Positions 8,488-16,852 are shown, counted from the first letter of the stretch. The stretch: 32,000 nucleotides of DNA from Pseudoalteromonas translucida KMM 520 (GCF_001465295.1 NZ_CP011034.1:1020001-1052000); one strand, 5' to 3'. A program made the numbers and translations. The notes: a model not told the origin generated them from the letters alone.

Positions 8488-8800
8488 GGCCTGTTGACCT
8501 TTCAGGATTAAAATATGTTCAATCTAGGGGCGATTAAATCGCGGCGCGAGGTTTGTAACCTAGTGGGCTCGATAACTGCTCCTGCGTTATTCTACTGGCT
8601 TACATCCATGTAAGAATAAGTAAAAATCGAACAACAAAGAGTTAATCGTCCCTAGAAAGAACCCAAAGGGCAGCGCATGTTTGGCATTTATGCTGCGTTA
8701 TCGCCTATTTATGGGGAATAACCACACTACATAGGCTCTGCTTTGCCTAAATACCAAACATACTGCTGAAAATTTAACCTCGAAAGATAAATAGGCCCTA
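8485..8800. repeat. 316-bp element with inverted-repeat ends and strong internal pairing, filling the STAS / HsbR-like intergenic gap (MITE-like insertion or structured RNA)
   Basis: The termini are tagggcct-gttgac-ctttcaggatt (8485-8509) and the reverse complement of 8776-8800, tagggcct-atttat-ctttcgaggtt. Two long-range internal pairings exist: 8523-8537 with 8642-8656 (15 bp including one G-U) and 8671-8689 with 8749-8768 (imperfect). The segment around 8527-8550 is locally GC-rich. Confidence 0.5.
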
Positions 8801-10449
8801 TGATGCATATTTTAGTTGTTGACGATCAAGCCCTTAACCGAATATTACTGCAAAGGCTATTAACACAAGAAGGCTATACAGTTTCTTTGGCGTATAATGG
8901 CGTTGCTGCTCTAAAAATACTCTCGCAAACCCCAATTGATATTGTGCTACTTGATGTAGTAATGCCTATTATGGATGGCTTTGAAACGGCAAAAATAATA
9001 AAACAACGCTTTAACGATATTCACTTACCTATTATTTTTATTACGGCACTGGATGATCACGCCAGCTTTGAGCGTTGTTTAGCAGTTGGTGGTGATGACT
9101 TTATTCAAAAGCCGTTCGAAAAAGTAATTTTACATGCCAAAATTAAAGCCCACTGCAGAACCCGTGAATTAAGTAAAAAGGCTAATCAGCAAAAAATATT
9201 ACTTGAGGAGCATCAAAATCAGCGTGAGCGAGAGTATGAAATTATTGAGCATATTTTTAATAACTCCCTCGAAAATCAAGATCAATTTAAAACCCACCTC
9301 GATTTTAATTTATCGCCTGCCACCATGTTTAACGGCGATATGTTTTTAGTCGCGCAAAGTCCTATAGGTAATTTATATTGCATGTTGGGTGATTTTACCG
9401 GTCATGGTTTGGCGGCGGCAATAGGCGCTTTACCTGCATCGCGTGTGTTTTACACTATGGTTAAAAAAGGCATGGCGGTACACGACATTGCCCGCGAATT
9501 AAATTTATTATTATATAATTTACTGCCCGGACATATGTTTTGCGCAGCAACTATTATAGAGCTAAGTGCATCGGGTAAAAGTATATCGGCATGGCTAGGC
9601 GGACTTCCCGACACTTACTTAATAGATAAGCAAGGTAATCTTAAAAAAACGCTCGAATCGCAACATATGGCATTGGGTATATTAAACAATCAAGAGTTTG
9701 AACATGAGGTTATTCACTTTGAAATAAATGAGCAAACACGGCTTGTACTTGCAACCGATGGCATAATTGAAACAACGAATAAGCAAGGTGTTTTTTTTAG
9801 TGAACAACGCTTTATCGAAACCTTAAAAATGAACCCGATGATCAGCAGTGAAAACATCGTTAATAGCGTGAATCAGTTTGCTGATGGCACTAAACAACAA
9901 GACGATATAAGCATAGTGTTACTTAATTGTTTGCCACTAAGTGTAAAGCCTGAACCCAGAGAAGCATTTTCTAAATTAGCGTTTAATATGTCATTGAGTT
10001 TAGATTCGAAGCAAATAAAAAACAGCGATCCGGTTTATGATTTAGTTAATATACTTAGCAGTATTAGTGGCTTAAAAGCACATAGAGCGAATGTATTTTT
10101 ACTCCTATCGGAGGCATACAATAATGCGCTTGATCATGGTGTACTTAAATTAGACTCACAATTAAAAGCTCAAGATGATGGCTTTTTTAAATATTACGAA
10201 TTGCGCGCAAAAAAACTTGCAGAACTTAGTCATGCAAAACTCTCTATAGAGGTAAGTTACTGCCCAGATAGCCTGAGCTTATACTTTACTATTTGCGACA
10301 GCGGCTGCGGGTACACTCACCATCAAGATACCCTGTTTGATGACGCAGCTGAGTTTGGCCGCGGGCTGTCACTGCTTGGTGAAATAGCACAGAGAGTGAC
10401 TTATAACAGCAGCGGGAACCAAGTTGAAATGTGTTATAAGTTGAGCTAG
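8800..10449 (+). CDS. Response regulator fused to a PP2C (SpoIIE-type) Ser phosphatase and a C-terminal RsbW/SpoIIAB-like HATPase Ser kinase (HsbR-like)
   Basis: The 549-aa translation has a REC domain (VVDDQ...DIVLLDVVMPIMDG...FITAL...IQKPF), a PP2C domain (GDMFLV, LGDFTGHGLAAA, ATDGIIE, QQDDISIV) and a C-terminal GHKL-type ATPase (EAYNNALDHG, CDSGCGY, FGRGLSLL). Confidence 0.85.
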   Translation: MMHILVVDDQALNRILLQRLLTQEGYTVSLAYNGVAALKILSQTPIDIVLLDVVMPIMDGFETAKIIKQRFNDIHLPIIFITALDDHASFERCLAVGGDDFIQKPFEKVILHAKIKAHCRTRELSKKANQQKILLEEHQNQREREYEIIEHIFNNSLENQDQFKTHLDFNLSPATMFNGDMFLVAQSPIGNLYCMLGDFTGHGLAAAIGALPASRVFYTMVKKGMAVHDIARELNLLLYNLLPGHMFCAATIIELSASGKSISAWLGGLPDTYLIDKQGNLKKTLESQHMALGILNNQEFEHEVIHFEINEQTRLVLATDGIIETTNKQGVFFSEQRFIETLKMNPMISSENIVNSVNQFADGTKQQDDISIVLLNCLPLSVKPEPREAFSKLAFNMSLSLDSKQIKNSDPVYDLVNILSSISGLKAHRANVFLLLSEAYNNALDHGVLKLDSQLKAQDDGFFKYYELRAKKLAELSHAKLSIEVSYCPDSLSLYFTICDSGCGYTHHQDTLFDDAAEFGRGLSLLGEIAQRVTYNSSGNQVEMCYKLS

Positions 10450-10465
10450 CACTGTAAAAAAATCC

Positions 10466-11164
10466 ATGCTAATATTTGCGCATTATAGAAGTATGGATGG
10501 CCAAATGATTGATTCCTATTTACAACAAGCACAACTCAGTGCCGACACCCGTTTAATTTCAGCAGAGCTAACAGCGCTTGAGCAAGCACTTGTAAGCAAT
10601 AGCTTGCCTGAAGTTCGCTGGGAGTATCAAATTCCACAGCTAGGTGAGGGCGGAGCATGTAGTTTATTTGGTTATCTGCAAGATGAACCGTTTAAGTTAA
10701 CTACTTACGTAACTAACAATGAGCAAACGCAAACTAAGCTTGCTAACTTACAGGCTATTGTAAACTACATACAGCAGCAAACTGGGGTTGATTGGTATGG
10801 TATTTATCAAACACACGATACTGCACAAGGTAAACAGCTTTTAAAGTTAGCTTATCATGGCGCGCCAAGTAGGCCGCTTTTTCCGCTTACAGCCGCTTTT
10901 GCCGCGGGCAGTAACAACGTGCAAGTTGCGCTCTCTAAAACGGGCCGTATTATTAATAATGTTGAGCAATACTTAAGCCAAGGGGGGGAGTATTATACTT
11001 GCGACCCAAAGGTTAAGTCTGAGGTGTGCTTACCTTTATTTAATAGTAGTGGTGAATGCGTAGGGATTATTGATGCTGAGGCGTTTCATAATGATTTTTT
11101 TGATGAAAAAGTCCTCGCAGTTCTAATTGCATGCTGTATTAAAATCCCTCAATTTTTAGTTTAA
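10466..11164 (+). CDS. GAF-domain protein (C-terminal half resembles free-methionine-(R)-sulfoxide reductase / YebR-type GAF)
   Basis: The C-terminal ~150 aa (DWYGIYQ...LKLAYHG...CDPKVKSEVCLPLF...GIIDAEAF) resemble YebR/MsrC-type GAF proteins. The N-terminal ~70 aa are unassigned. The start is ambiguous: the ATGs at 10466 and 10493 lack a good RBS, while the ATG at 10505 has ggatgg upstream. Confidence 0.65.
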   Translation: MLIFAHYRSMDGQMIDSYLQQAQLSADTRLISAELTALEQALVSNSLPEVRWEYQIPQLGEGGACSLFGYLQDEPFKLTTYVTNNEQTQTKLANLQAIVNYIQQQTGVDWYGIYQTHDTAQGKQLLKLAYHGAPSRPLFPLTAAFAAGSNNVQVALSKTGRIINNVEQYLSQGGEYYTCDPKVKSEVCLPLFNSSGECVGIIDAEAFHNDFFDEKVLAVLIACCIKIPQFLV

Positions 11165-11166
11165 AT

Positions 11167-11361
11167 AACCTGATCTGCGGATAATAAACTTATCTCAAGC
11201 AGCGATTTTCAGTGCTAACTGCGTTGAATTTACTTGCAATAGGCCAGCTATTGACGCGTAAATTCGCCTTGTTTTCACTGAAAACCTCTGGCTAGAGAAA
11301 ATAAAATTAAATATAACTATGATTCAATACGTTAGTAAATCTCTTAACCAGAGTCCAGGTT
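11167..11361 (-). mobile_element. MITE-like non-coding repeat, copy B (inverted relative to copy A)
   Basis: The reverse complement aligns end to end with 403-599, with about 8-10 differences. TTAAATAA directly flanks both sides (11161-11168 and 11360-11367), consistent with a target-site duplication. The left copy contains the GAF gene stop codon. Confidence 0.75.
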
Positions 11362-11381
11362 AAATAACACAAATCTATTAT

Positions 11382-11477
11382 GTTGAGGTTTTTAATAATG
11401 ATTTTTGCATGCAAAAGGTATTAACTGTATTAATGGCATGCTGTATTAAAATTCCTCACTTTTTTGTACGAATAACA
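11382..11477 (+). pseudogene. Relic, diverged duplicate of the 3' end of the GAF gene
   Basis: An ungapped hand alignment of 11382-11477 with 11075-11170 gives about 70 of 96 identical positions. The relic translates in the same frame as VEVFNNDFCMQKVLTVLMACCIKIPHFFV, against AEAFHNDFFDEKVLAVLIACCIKIPQFLV* in the live gene. An in-frame stop (TAA, 11361-11363) lies seven codons upstream, so it is not part of a live ORF. Confidence 0.6.
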
Positions 11478-11551
11478 CTAGTCAACATAGCGTGTTTTTA
11501 TGATAAGCTTAAGCTCACACCAACCCCCTAAATAATGATAAGAGATAGTCA

Positions 11552-12745
11552 ATGTTCTCAGTATTAAAACCATTACCCACAGATCCTATTCTTGGCCTTA
11601 TGGCGGCCTATAAGCAAGATACTAACCCTAATAAAATTGATTTAGGTGTGGGTGTCTATAAAGATGAGCTAGGCAATACACCGGTACTTAAAGCGGTAAA
11701 AAAAGCAGAAGCGTTTCGTTTAGAAAATGAAACCAGCAAATCTTATATTGGTTTAGCGGGTAATTTAGATTACTGTCAAAAAATGGAAAGCTTACTATTA
11801 GGTGAGCACAAAACATTACTAGCTAACCGTGTACGTACGGCGCAAGCGCCAGGTGGTACTGGGGCATTACGTGTTGCTGCTGAATTTATTATGCGTTGTA
11901 ATCCAAAAGCAACAGTGTGGGTAACTACACCAACATGGGCTAATCACATTAGCTTATTTGAAGCAGCGGGCTTAACAGTAAAAGAATACCCTTATTACGA
12001 TTACGAAAATAAAGATTTACTATTTGATGAGATGATCAACACGCTTAAGCAAGTGCCTAAAGGCGATGTAGTTTTACTACATGCGTGTTGTCATAACCCA
12101 AGTGGTATGGATTTAAACGAAGCACAGTGGAAGGTAGTTGCTGAGCTTGCAAAAGAAGTGGGCTTTACGCCGCTTGTTGATATTGCATACCAAGGTTTTG
12201 GCTCTTCACTAGAAGAAGATGCACGTGGTTTACGTATTTTAGCTGACGCAGTTGAAGAGTTAATTATTTGTTCTTCATGTTCTAAAAACTTTGGTCTTTA
12301 CCGCGAACGTATTGGTGCGTGTTCACTGATTGCAAAAGACAGCGCAACTGCTGATATTTCAAACTCAGTATTACTTAGTGTTGTACGAAGTATTTATTCA
12401 ATGCCGCCAGCGCATGGTGCCGACATTGTAAATACAATTTTAAGCAGCACTGAGCTTACGCAAATGTGGCATCAAGAGCTTGATGAAATGCGTAGCCGTA
12501 TAAATGGTTTACGTACATTAATTAAAGAAACGCTAGCGACTAAAGACATAGCGCAAGACTTCTCGTTTATTGAGCGTCAGCACGGTATGTTTTCTTTCTT
12601 AGGAATTAATAAAGAGCAAATTACTCGCCTACAAAAAGAGTACGGCATTTATATTGTTGGCTCAAGTCGTGTAAACGTAGCGGGCGTGAGTGATGCAAAT
12701 ATTGAATACTTTGCAAATGCAGTTGCCGATGTATGTAAGTCATAA
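11552..12745 (+). CDS. aspC: Class-I aspartate / aromatic-amino-acid aminotransferase (AspC/TyrB family)
   Basis: The 397-aa translation is colinear with E. coli AspC (PTDPILGL, DLGVGVYKDELGNTPVL, QAPGGTGALRV, CCHNPSGMD, DIAYQGF, SKNFGLYRERIG, NVAG). AspC and TyrB specificity cannot be separated from the sequence alone. Confidence 0.9.
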   Translation: MFSVLKPLPTDPILGLMAAYKQDTNPNKIDLGVGVYKDELGNTPVLKAVKKAEAFRLENETSKSYIGLAGNLDYCQKMESLLLGEHKTLLANRVRTAQAPGGTGALRVAAEFIMRCNPKATVWVTTPTWANHISLFEAAGLTVKEYPYYDYENKDLLFDEMINTLKQVPKGDVVLLHACCHNPSGMDLNEAQWKVVAELAKEVGFTPLVDIAYQGFGSSLEEDARGLRILADAVEELIICSSCSKNFGLYRERIGACSLIAKDSATADISNSVLLSVVRSIYSMPPAHGADIVNTILSSTELTQMWHQELDEMRSRINGLRTLIKETLATKDIAQDFSFIERQHGMFSFLGINKEQITRLQKEYGIYIVGSSRVNVAGVSDANIEYFANAVADVCKS

Positions 12746-12763
12746 TAGTTAAATTATTTAACT

Positions 12764-12803
12764 AAAAAACCGCACTAACCTTGGGTTAGTGCGGTTTATT
12801 TTT
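12764..12803. terminator. Bidirectional terminator between aspC and the Tim44-like gene
   Basis: An ~11-bp stem pairs ccgcactaacc (12770-12780) with ggttagtgcgg (12784-12794). An A-run lies upstream and tttatttttg downstream. Confidence 0.8.
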
Positions 12804-12819
12804 GCCTCGTATTTAGAGT

Positions 12820-13671
12820 CTATGCGTCTATTAAATCTTCAACGCCAACAATTAACCAAGGTGCATCAGTAAGCGTTAAACGCTCTAAATGCCAAATTTC
12901 GAAAATAGGTTGTTCTTGTTTATCTGCTAAATCGCGATACTTACCTTTAAAGCGCACACTTACTTGCCACTTGTCAGTCAGCGTATCTGCGCGTACTAGT
13001 TCTGCATCTATAAACATTACTTCAGTAGCTACGCTTGTAATTGCTTCGCGCTCTGTTTTAAATTCTGCCACTAATTCTGGGCTTAAATACTCAGCCATAG
13101 TATGGTAATCGGCTTCGTTCCATGCATTTTGTAGTGTGTGGTAATGCTCACGAGCACCTTGTAAAAAGCCGTTTGTATCAAAGCCAGGCGGTAAGTTAAA
13201 AGGCACATCGTCGCCGTGCGCAGTACTATTAGCAAATCCTGTACTTGTTGTTTGTTCATGCTCAATAGGCGCTTGTTTAAATGCATTTTGTGACATACCA
13301 GCACTGGCTAGTTGAGGGGACTGCCTTGCGCGCATAAAGCCACGAACAAGTTTAAATATTATAAAGGCAGCACCTGCAAGTAAAATCATCTCTAGTAGCT
13401 GAAACCCTTCAAAATCACCACCTAACATAGCAGCAATTAAGCCACCAGCAAGCAGCCCACCTAATACACCCGCCATAATGCCTTTTTTATTTGATGCTGG
13501 CTTTGCCGCAGGCGCAACTGCCTTGGTATCTGTTTGTTGCTTTTGTGCGGTTTGTTGCGTAGCTGGAGTTTTACCACGCTTGCTACTACCAAACTTTTTA
13601 CGTGCTTGCGCATCAAAGCTTGCAGTTATTAGCAATGCCAACAAAGATAAAATAACGACAAAATTCTTCAT
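12820..13671 (-). CDS. Tim44-like domain protein with a signal peptide, a low-complexity linker and a Gly-rich TM segment
   Basis: The translation has an N-terminal signal peptide (MKNFVVILSLLALLITASFDAQA), a Gly/Leu/Ala-rich hydrophobic region, and a C-terminal ~140 aa (FLQGAREHYHTLQNAWNEADY...LSPELVAEF...WQVSVRFKG) that resemble bacterial Tim44-like domain proteins. Confidence 0.55.
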   Translation of the reverse strand: MKNFVVILSLLALLITASFDAQARKKFGSSKRGKTPATQQTAQKQQTDTKAVAPAAKPASNKKGIMAGVLGGLLAGGLIAAMLGGDFEGFQLLEMILLAGAAFIIFKLVRGFMRARQSPQLASAGMSQNAFKQAPIEHEQTTSTGFANSTAHGDDVPFNLPPGFDTNGFLQGAREHYHTLQNAWNEADYHTMAEYLSPELVAEFKTEREAITSVATEVMFIDAELVRADTLTDKWQVSVRFKGKYRDLADKQEQPIFEIWHLERLTLTDAPWLIVGVEDLIDA

Positions 13672-13789
13672 GAAAATCCTTAAATAAAATAAAGTGTCGA
13701 TTATACCTATAGAAATATTATTTACTTTAAAAATCAGTTGGCTGGTTGGTAATATTTAAGGGGCAGGCGTAAATTACTAAACATTAAGC

Positions 13790-13816
13790 GCACCGCTTAG
13801 CAGGTCTAAGCGGTGC
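13790..13816 (-). terminator. Hairpin downstream of the ECF sigma/anti-sigma pair (weak U-tract)
   Basis: An 11-bp perfect stem pairs gcaccgcttag (13790-13800) with ctaagcggtgc (13806-13816). The minus-strand trailer (gcuuaauguuu) is only moderately U-rich. Confidence 0.45.
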
Positions 13817-13830
13817 AATAAGCTACAAGG

Positions 13831-14589
13831 TTAAAGCCAGCGAATAGCGCCAGAAACACGTTCATTATACATATTTACCGGCGCACCTAAGCTGGCAATT
13901 AATACGGTATCGGCTTGTTGGCCTCTATTAATATGGCCTTCAAATCTGTCATCATGAAAATCGTCAGAGCCCATTTCAAACACTTTATTTTTAGTCGGCA
14001 CAATAAATACCGTCATAGGGCCAAAGTCAGATTCAAACACTAAATGTATGCCTTTCTCCCCTTTAAAGTCACAAAACATAGCGTAAGTAATTTTACCGGG
14101 TAGCTCACTTAATTGTCCGCCAAGTAAGGCGAGCTTTTCATTCACGCTTTGCAGGCTAATTGCTTGTGTTTTATCGAGAGAATTTATCTCGTGATAAACG
14201 TGAGCTAAAGCATGCTCACCTGCGCCATAGGGGGTATTTTGCCCAGAACTAAAAAAGAATGCACTTATAGTAACAACAAATGAAGCGGCTAGGGCTAAAT
14301 GTACTCGGTCAAATTTAAATCGCGATCGCGATGCAATAACATTTTTATTAGCCGGTATTTGCGCTTGTTGCTGTGCTTTTTCTTTTAAAGAGGTGTTTAA
14401 AAGAATTCGCTCGGCTAGGTTTTCAGGTACCGGAACGTCATTAGCTGCACTTTGTAAGTATTTATCAAAATCTTTCATGTCGTTAATAAACCGCTGTCGC
14501 TCTGAGTTGTCTTTAGCAAACTCGGTAAGCTCATTATCAATATCGTTTGGCTGCGCAATAGTGCGGCGACGAAACTCAAGCTCATCCAT
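13831..14589 (-). CDS. Putative membrane anti-sigma factor (DUF3379-like)
   Basis: 252 aa with a cytoplasmic N-terminal ~95 aa, a single TM (VHLALAASFVVTISAFFF) and a periplasmic C-terminal domain. Its start overlaps the sigma-factor stop codon (TAATG at 14589), which is the typical sigma/anti-sigma arrangement. Confidence 0.6.
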   Translation of the reverse strand: MDELEFRRRTIAQPNDIDNELTEFAKDNSERQRFINDMKDFDKYLQSAANDVPVPENLAERILLNTSLKEKAQQQAQIPANKNVIASRSRFKFDRVHLALAASFVVTISAFFFSSGQNTPYGAGEHALAHVYHEINSLDKTQAISLQSVNEKLALLGGQLSELPGKITYAMFCDFKGEKGIHLVFESDFGPMTVFIVPTKNKVFEMGSDDFHDDRFEGHINRGQQADTVLIASLGAPVNMYNERVSGAIRWL

Positions 14590-15146
14590 TATTTTGATGC
14601 CCCTTTAAGTTGCTCATCATCACGGCTTAAAGCCTCTTTAAGTTGGTTTCTAGCACGGTAGAGACGTGTCATTACCGTGTTTTTATTTAAATCGAGTATA
14701 TTTGCAATTTCTTCGCCTGAGCAGCCCATTACTACTTGCAGTAATAACGGCTCTTTGTATTCATCAGGCAAGAGTGCAATTTGGCGCTGAATAACAGTTT
14801 GCTCCATTTCATCGTCTAAAGAGTGGCTGCTTTCATCAACCAATAATTCATCTTCTATATCGCTATAATCAAATTGTTTGCGCTCAAATCGTCGCGCGTT
14901 TTCGCGACGTAAAATCGTAAGTAACCACGACTTTGCTGCTTTTTGATCCAGCAAAGAGTCGAGCGAGCGCCAGGCACGCAAAAAAGTTTCTTGTACTAAG
15001 TCATCGGCAATGTGTGGATCACGGCATAACCAATAGGCAAAGCGGTAAAGCTCTTTATGGTAAACATGAACCAAGGCTTCGTAGCGCTTTTGCTTTTGTG
15101 CCATATCAATTAAGACCTGATTATTCGATTTTTTATTTCCAAACAT
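14589..15146 (-). CDS. ECF-type (group 4) RNA polymerase sigma-70 family factor
   Basis: Region 2 (YHKELYRFAYWL..DPHIADDLVQETFLRAW) and region 4 (LPDEYKEPLLLQVVMGCSGEEIANILDLNKNTVMTRLYRARNQL) are both recognisable. The translation is 185 aa. Confidence 0.85.
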   Translation of the reverse strand: MFGNKKSNNQVLIDMAQKQKRYEALVHVYHKELYRFAYWLCRDPHIADDLVQETFLRAWRSLDSLLDQKAAKSWLLTILRRENARRFERKQFDYSDIEDELLVDESSHSLDDEMEQTVIQRQIALLPDEYKEPLLLQVVMGCSGEEIANILDLNKNTVMTRLYRARNQLKEALSRDDEQLKGASK

Positions 15147-15205
15147 AAGTTCTTTTTTTAGTGAAATATTATTTAATATAATAAAAGGTCTACACGCATT
15201 AAAAT

Positions 15206-16852
15206 TTAATGGTAAAGGTCTTTTAATACAGCTTGTTGCGACTTTAATGTTTGAGCCTGATACTTTTTAAGTAATTTAACTATAGCTGTAAGATCGCTGG
15301 TTGTTTTTTTATTACTGTATAATTGTGTTTGTAACTGCATCACATTATTAGTTAGTTCTGCATCATTAATAGCACGGCATAAAGTATCAATAGCGCCCAT
15401 ATTTTGCTTAGTTACTGTTTTTGCATATATATTTAATGCGCTATAAAACATTTTTGCATCGTTTTTATTTGCTGCATGTAATAAGTTTTTCAAACTAGGC
15501 AGCGCGGGCGTTTTATCAGTTGTAGTTGCTACATGCGCATTCTGAGTAGAACGGCTTACCCAATAAAAAATTGCAGTCACAATCCATAATAAATAGCCCA
15601 GTACAGCAACAACTATTAACCATAATGGTGCTGAGCTTTGTATTTGCTGTGGGTTAGTTGCATCTACACTATTTTGTCCTGCTGCTTGGTTATTGGTATT
15701 TTTCGAATCATTTATAATCACAGGATTAGCAGCATTGCTACTAGGGATCACAGTAATAGTGCGCTCTGGTAAAGTGGCAAAGCTAATACGATTTATTTTA
15801 GTGTTATACCAGGGCAGTTTTATTTCGGGCAACGTATAAGTGCCGGGTGTTTGTGGTAACAAAGCATAAGAGGCAATTTGCTGCGATACTACACGGCCGT
15901 TACGCACCGCATTGTTATTTTCTTTTTGATCTGGGTAGCTACGGATCCCTGTAATATCGGGCATTGATATTTCGGGGAGTTGCTCTTTGGTTACACCAAG
16001 TGCCGTTAAGGTAATTGTGCGTGTGATAGGAGTGCCTACCTCAACTGTATTATCCTCTGGTTGCCATTGCTCATCTAAACTTACTAACTCACTAGGCAGC
16101 CAAGCGCCATTGTAATTACTTGGTATAGGCTTTATTTCTATTTGTTGATCATTGCCAAGCGCCGATACTTCTAACTGGCGGTAATTTTGCTGCACACGGC
16201 CTTGAAAAGCAGGGCCGGTAATAGTGAAGTCACCACTTTTTTGCGGCTGAATTAAATACTCTCGGGTAATTACTAAATAACGTTTACCGTCAACCAGTTC
16301 ATAATCCTCTGTTTGTTTACCCAATTGGCTAAGTTGTGCATTTTCCATGCTTGGCGTGCCTAAGCTGCCGTCAAGTAGCTCTTTGGCTAAATAAAGTTTA
16401 AGCGTATAAACACCGGCTTCTTGTACAAACAAAGATTTACTTGAGAGCGATGTTTTTAAAAATATATCGTTATTTTTATCGGCATCAGCTGCGCGCTTGG
16501 CTACTTTTAAAGTAATAGGCTGCGAGCTAAGCCCCGCAACAGTAAACGACGGTATAGTGTATTCACCTTCGCGGCGGGTCATTAGCTTAACCGACCAAGT
16601 GGTTTGCTTGTTCATGCTGCCATTTATAATATTGGTGCGGGTACTTAAGCTAGTAGGGCCAACCACAAAGCTTTTTAACAGCATGGAGGTATCGGGTTGT
16701 TCATCTTTAATTGTGTCGTCTACTGTAATATTAAGAATAAAAAACTCACCCGCTAACACCGGGTTTTTATTTACACTGGCTTCGAGTTTGGTGGCAGCCA
16801 TCAATGGCATCGCACTTAATAGCAATAAACAGCAAAATAATCGCATTACCAT
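15206..16852 (-). CDS. BatD-like (oxygen-tolerance family) membrane protein
   Basis: 548 aa with a signal peptide, a large periplasmic beta-rich region, one TM near residue 410 (LWLIVVAVLGYLLWIVTAIFYWV) and a cytoplasmic tail. It is the last gene of the MoxR/VWA operon, and its start overlaps the upstream stop (ATGGTAA). Confidence 0.7.
   Translation of the reverse strand: MVMRLFCCLLLLSAMPLMAATKLEASVNKNPVLAGEFFILNITVDDTIKDEQPDTSMLLKSFVVGPTSLSTRTNIINGSMNKQTTWSVKLMTRREGEYTIPSFTVAGLSSQPITLKVAKRAADADKNNDIFLKTSLSSKSLFVQEAGVYTLKLYLAKELLDGSLGTPSMENAQLSQLGKQTEDYELVDGKRYLVITREYLIQPQKSGDFTITGPAFQGRVQQNYRQLEVSALGNDQQIEIKPIPSNYNGAWLPSELVSLDEQWQPEDNTVEVGTPITRTITLTALGVTKEQLPEISMPDITGIRSYPDQKENNNAVRNGRVVSQQIASYALLPQTPGTYTLPEIKLPWYNTKINRISFATLPERTITVIPSSNAANPVIINDSKNTNNQAAGQNSVDATNPQQIQSSAPLWLIVVAVLGYLLWIVTAIFYWVSRSTQNAHVATTTDKTPALPSLKNLLHAANKNDAKMFYSALNIYAKTVTKQNMGAIDTLCRAINDAELTNNVMQLQTQLYSNKKTTSDLTAIVKLLKKYQAQTLKSQQAVLKDLYH

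Noticed and set aside
8515-8613. A 32-codon ORF (MFNLGAIKSRREVCNLVGSITAPALFYWLTSM) with AGGA 7 nt upstream lies inside the structured STAS/HsbR spacer.
   Set aside because: It overlaps the left arm of the 15-bp long-range stem and has no recognisable features. A short ORF this size is expected by chance in 312 nt. I kept it only as a note under the spacer finding.
403-11361. The two inverted MITE-like copies might delimit a composite transposon or genomic island carrying mscS, tyrA, pheA, the GGDEF-EAL gene, yciH and the STAS/HsbR/GAF genes.
   Set aside because: The elements have no coding capacity. No transposase or integrase lies between them. The cargo is core metabolism (tyrA, pheA, yciH). 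Copy B has its own direct TTAAATAA duplication, which indicates an independent single insertion and not mobilisation as a pair.
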